NCBI GenBank assembly: GCA_032718475.1
Contig: JAUCBJ010001128.1
Coordinates: forward strand, 1 to 51,673
Reading direction: 5' to 3'
From: Nemertoderma westbladi
Lineage: Eukaryota; Animalia; Xenacoelomorpha
DNA length: 51,673 nt
The notes under the pieces were generated by a model. That model was not told the origin of the DNA. It saw nothing but the letters and a program-made list of their open reading frames with translations, and made no database searches. The position numbers and the translations under genes are program-made. Shown one piece after another: positions 50,001 through 51,673 of the stretch. Positions within the stretch are counted from its first letter, which is position 1. Each line of letters starts with the position of its first letter.

Positions 50001-51673
50001 GATACAAGTTTATTTTAGGTTGTATGGATACAAGTTTATTTTAGGTTGTATGGATACAAGTTTATTTTAGGTTGTATGGATACAAGTTTATTTTAGGTTG
50101 TATGGATACAAGTTTATTTTAGGTTGTATGGATACAAGTTTATTTTAGGTTGTATGGATACAAGTTTATTTTAGGTTGTATGGATACAAGTTTATTTTAG
50201 GTTGTATGGATACAAGTTTATTTTAGGTTGTATGGATACAAGTTTATTTTAGGTTGTATGGATACAAGTTTATTTTAGGTTGTATGGATACAAGTTTATT
50301 TTAGGTTGTATGGATACAAGTTTATTTTAGGTTGTATGGATACAAGTTTATTTTAGGTTGTATGGATACAAGTTTATTTTAGGTTGTATGGATACAAGTT
50401 TATTTTAGGTTGTATGGATACAAGTTTATTTTAGGTTGTATGGATACAAGTTTATTTTAGGTTGTATGGATACAAGTTTATTTTAGGTTGTATGGATACA
50501 AGTTTATTTTAGGTTGTATGGATACAAGTTTATTTTAGGTTGTATGGATACAAGTTTATTTTAGGTTGTATGGATACAAGTTTATTTTAGGTTGTATGGA
50601 TACAAGTTTATTTTAGGTTGTATGGATACAAGTTTATTTTAGGTTGTATGGATACAAGTTTATTTTAGGTTGTATGGATACAAGTTTATTTTAGGTTGTA
50701 TGGATACAAGTTTATTTTAGGTTGTATGGATACAAGTTTATTTTAGGTTGTATGGATACAAGTTTATTTTAGGTTGTATGGATACAAGTTTATTTTAGGT
50801 TGTATGGATACAAGTTTATTTTAGGTTGTATGGATACAAGTTTATTTTAGGTTGTATGGATACAAGTTTATTTTAGGTTGTATGGATACAAGTTTATTTT
50901 AGGTTGTATGGATACAAGTTTATTTTAGGTTGTATGGATACAAGTTTATTTTAGGTTGTATGGATACAAGTTTATTTTAGGTTGTATGGATACAAGTTTA
51001 TTTTAGGTTGTATGGATACAAGTTTATTTTAGGTTGTATGGATACAAGTTTATTTTAGGTTGTATGGATACAAGTTTATTTTAGGTTGTATGGATACAAG
51101 TTTATTTTAGGTTGTATGGATACAAGTTTATTTTAGGTTGTATGGATACAAGTTTATTTTAGGTTGTATGGATACAAGTTTATTTTAGGTTGTATGGATA
51201 CAAGTTTATTTTAGGTTGTATGGATACAAGTTTATTTTAGGTTGTATGGATACAAGTTTATTTTAGGTTGTATGGATACAAGTTTATTTTAGGTTGTATG
51301 GATACAAGTTTATTTTAGGTTGTATGGATACAAGTTTATTTTAGGTTGTATGGATACAAGTTTATTTTAGGTTGTATGGATACAAGTTTATTTTAGGTTG
51401 TATGGATACAAGTTTATTTTAGGTTGTATGGATACAAGTTTATTTTAGGTTGTATGGATACAAGTTTATTTTAGGTTGTATGGATACAAGTTTATTTTAG
51501 GTTGTATGGATACAAGTTTATTTTAGGTTGTATGGATACAAGTTTATTTTAGGTTGTATGGATACAAGTTTATTTTAGGTTGTATGGATACAAGTTTATT
51601 TTAGGTTGTATGGATACAAGTTTATTTTAGGTTGTATGGATACAAGTTTATTTTAGGTTGTATGGATACAAGT
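47096..51673. repeat. 26-bp highly homogeneous tandem array (about 176 copies), runs off the window end
   Basis: Unit GTTTATTTTAGGTTGTATGGATACAA; only three variants noticed (47192, 47348, 47697). Confidence 0.99.

Noticed and set aside
1-51673. tRNA, rRNA or other standard ncRNA genes; species assignment
   Set aside because: None recognised by eye; the sequence does not let me name the organism.

Overview
Repeat-rich eukaryotic (most likely invertebrate animal) genomic window. 1-14.2 kb: a decayed BEL/Pao LTR retrotransposon on the minus strand (candidate 5' LTR, gag, PR-RT-RH-IN). Its integrase is split by a nested insertion. Downstream of the integrase lies an extra, disrupted ORF that I reconstruct as a WRN/RNase D-like DEDDy 3'-5' exonuclease followed by three CCHC-type zinc knuckles; this is the most unusual feature. 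14.2-24.3 kb: a 27-bp satellite interrupted by a near full-length decayed RTE-like LINE. 24.8-27.1 kb: intronless SAYSD1 and DDX47 genes in tandem. 34.3-36.2 kb: an intronless ATF7IP/Windei-like gene. 37-43.7 kb: a Gypsy RT fragment, a long-TIR DNA transposon relic with a YqaJ-like nuclease remnant, and a 5'-truncated L2/CR1-group LINE. 43.8-44.5 kb: first coding exon of NUP85, followed by two Mutator-type MITEs with 9-bp TSDs. 47.1 kb to the end: about 176 nearly perfect copies of a 26-bp TTAGG-containing repeat. All family assignments come from motifs recognised by eye; no searches were run.
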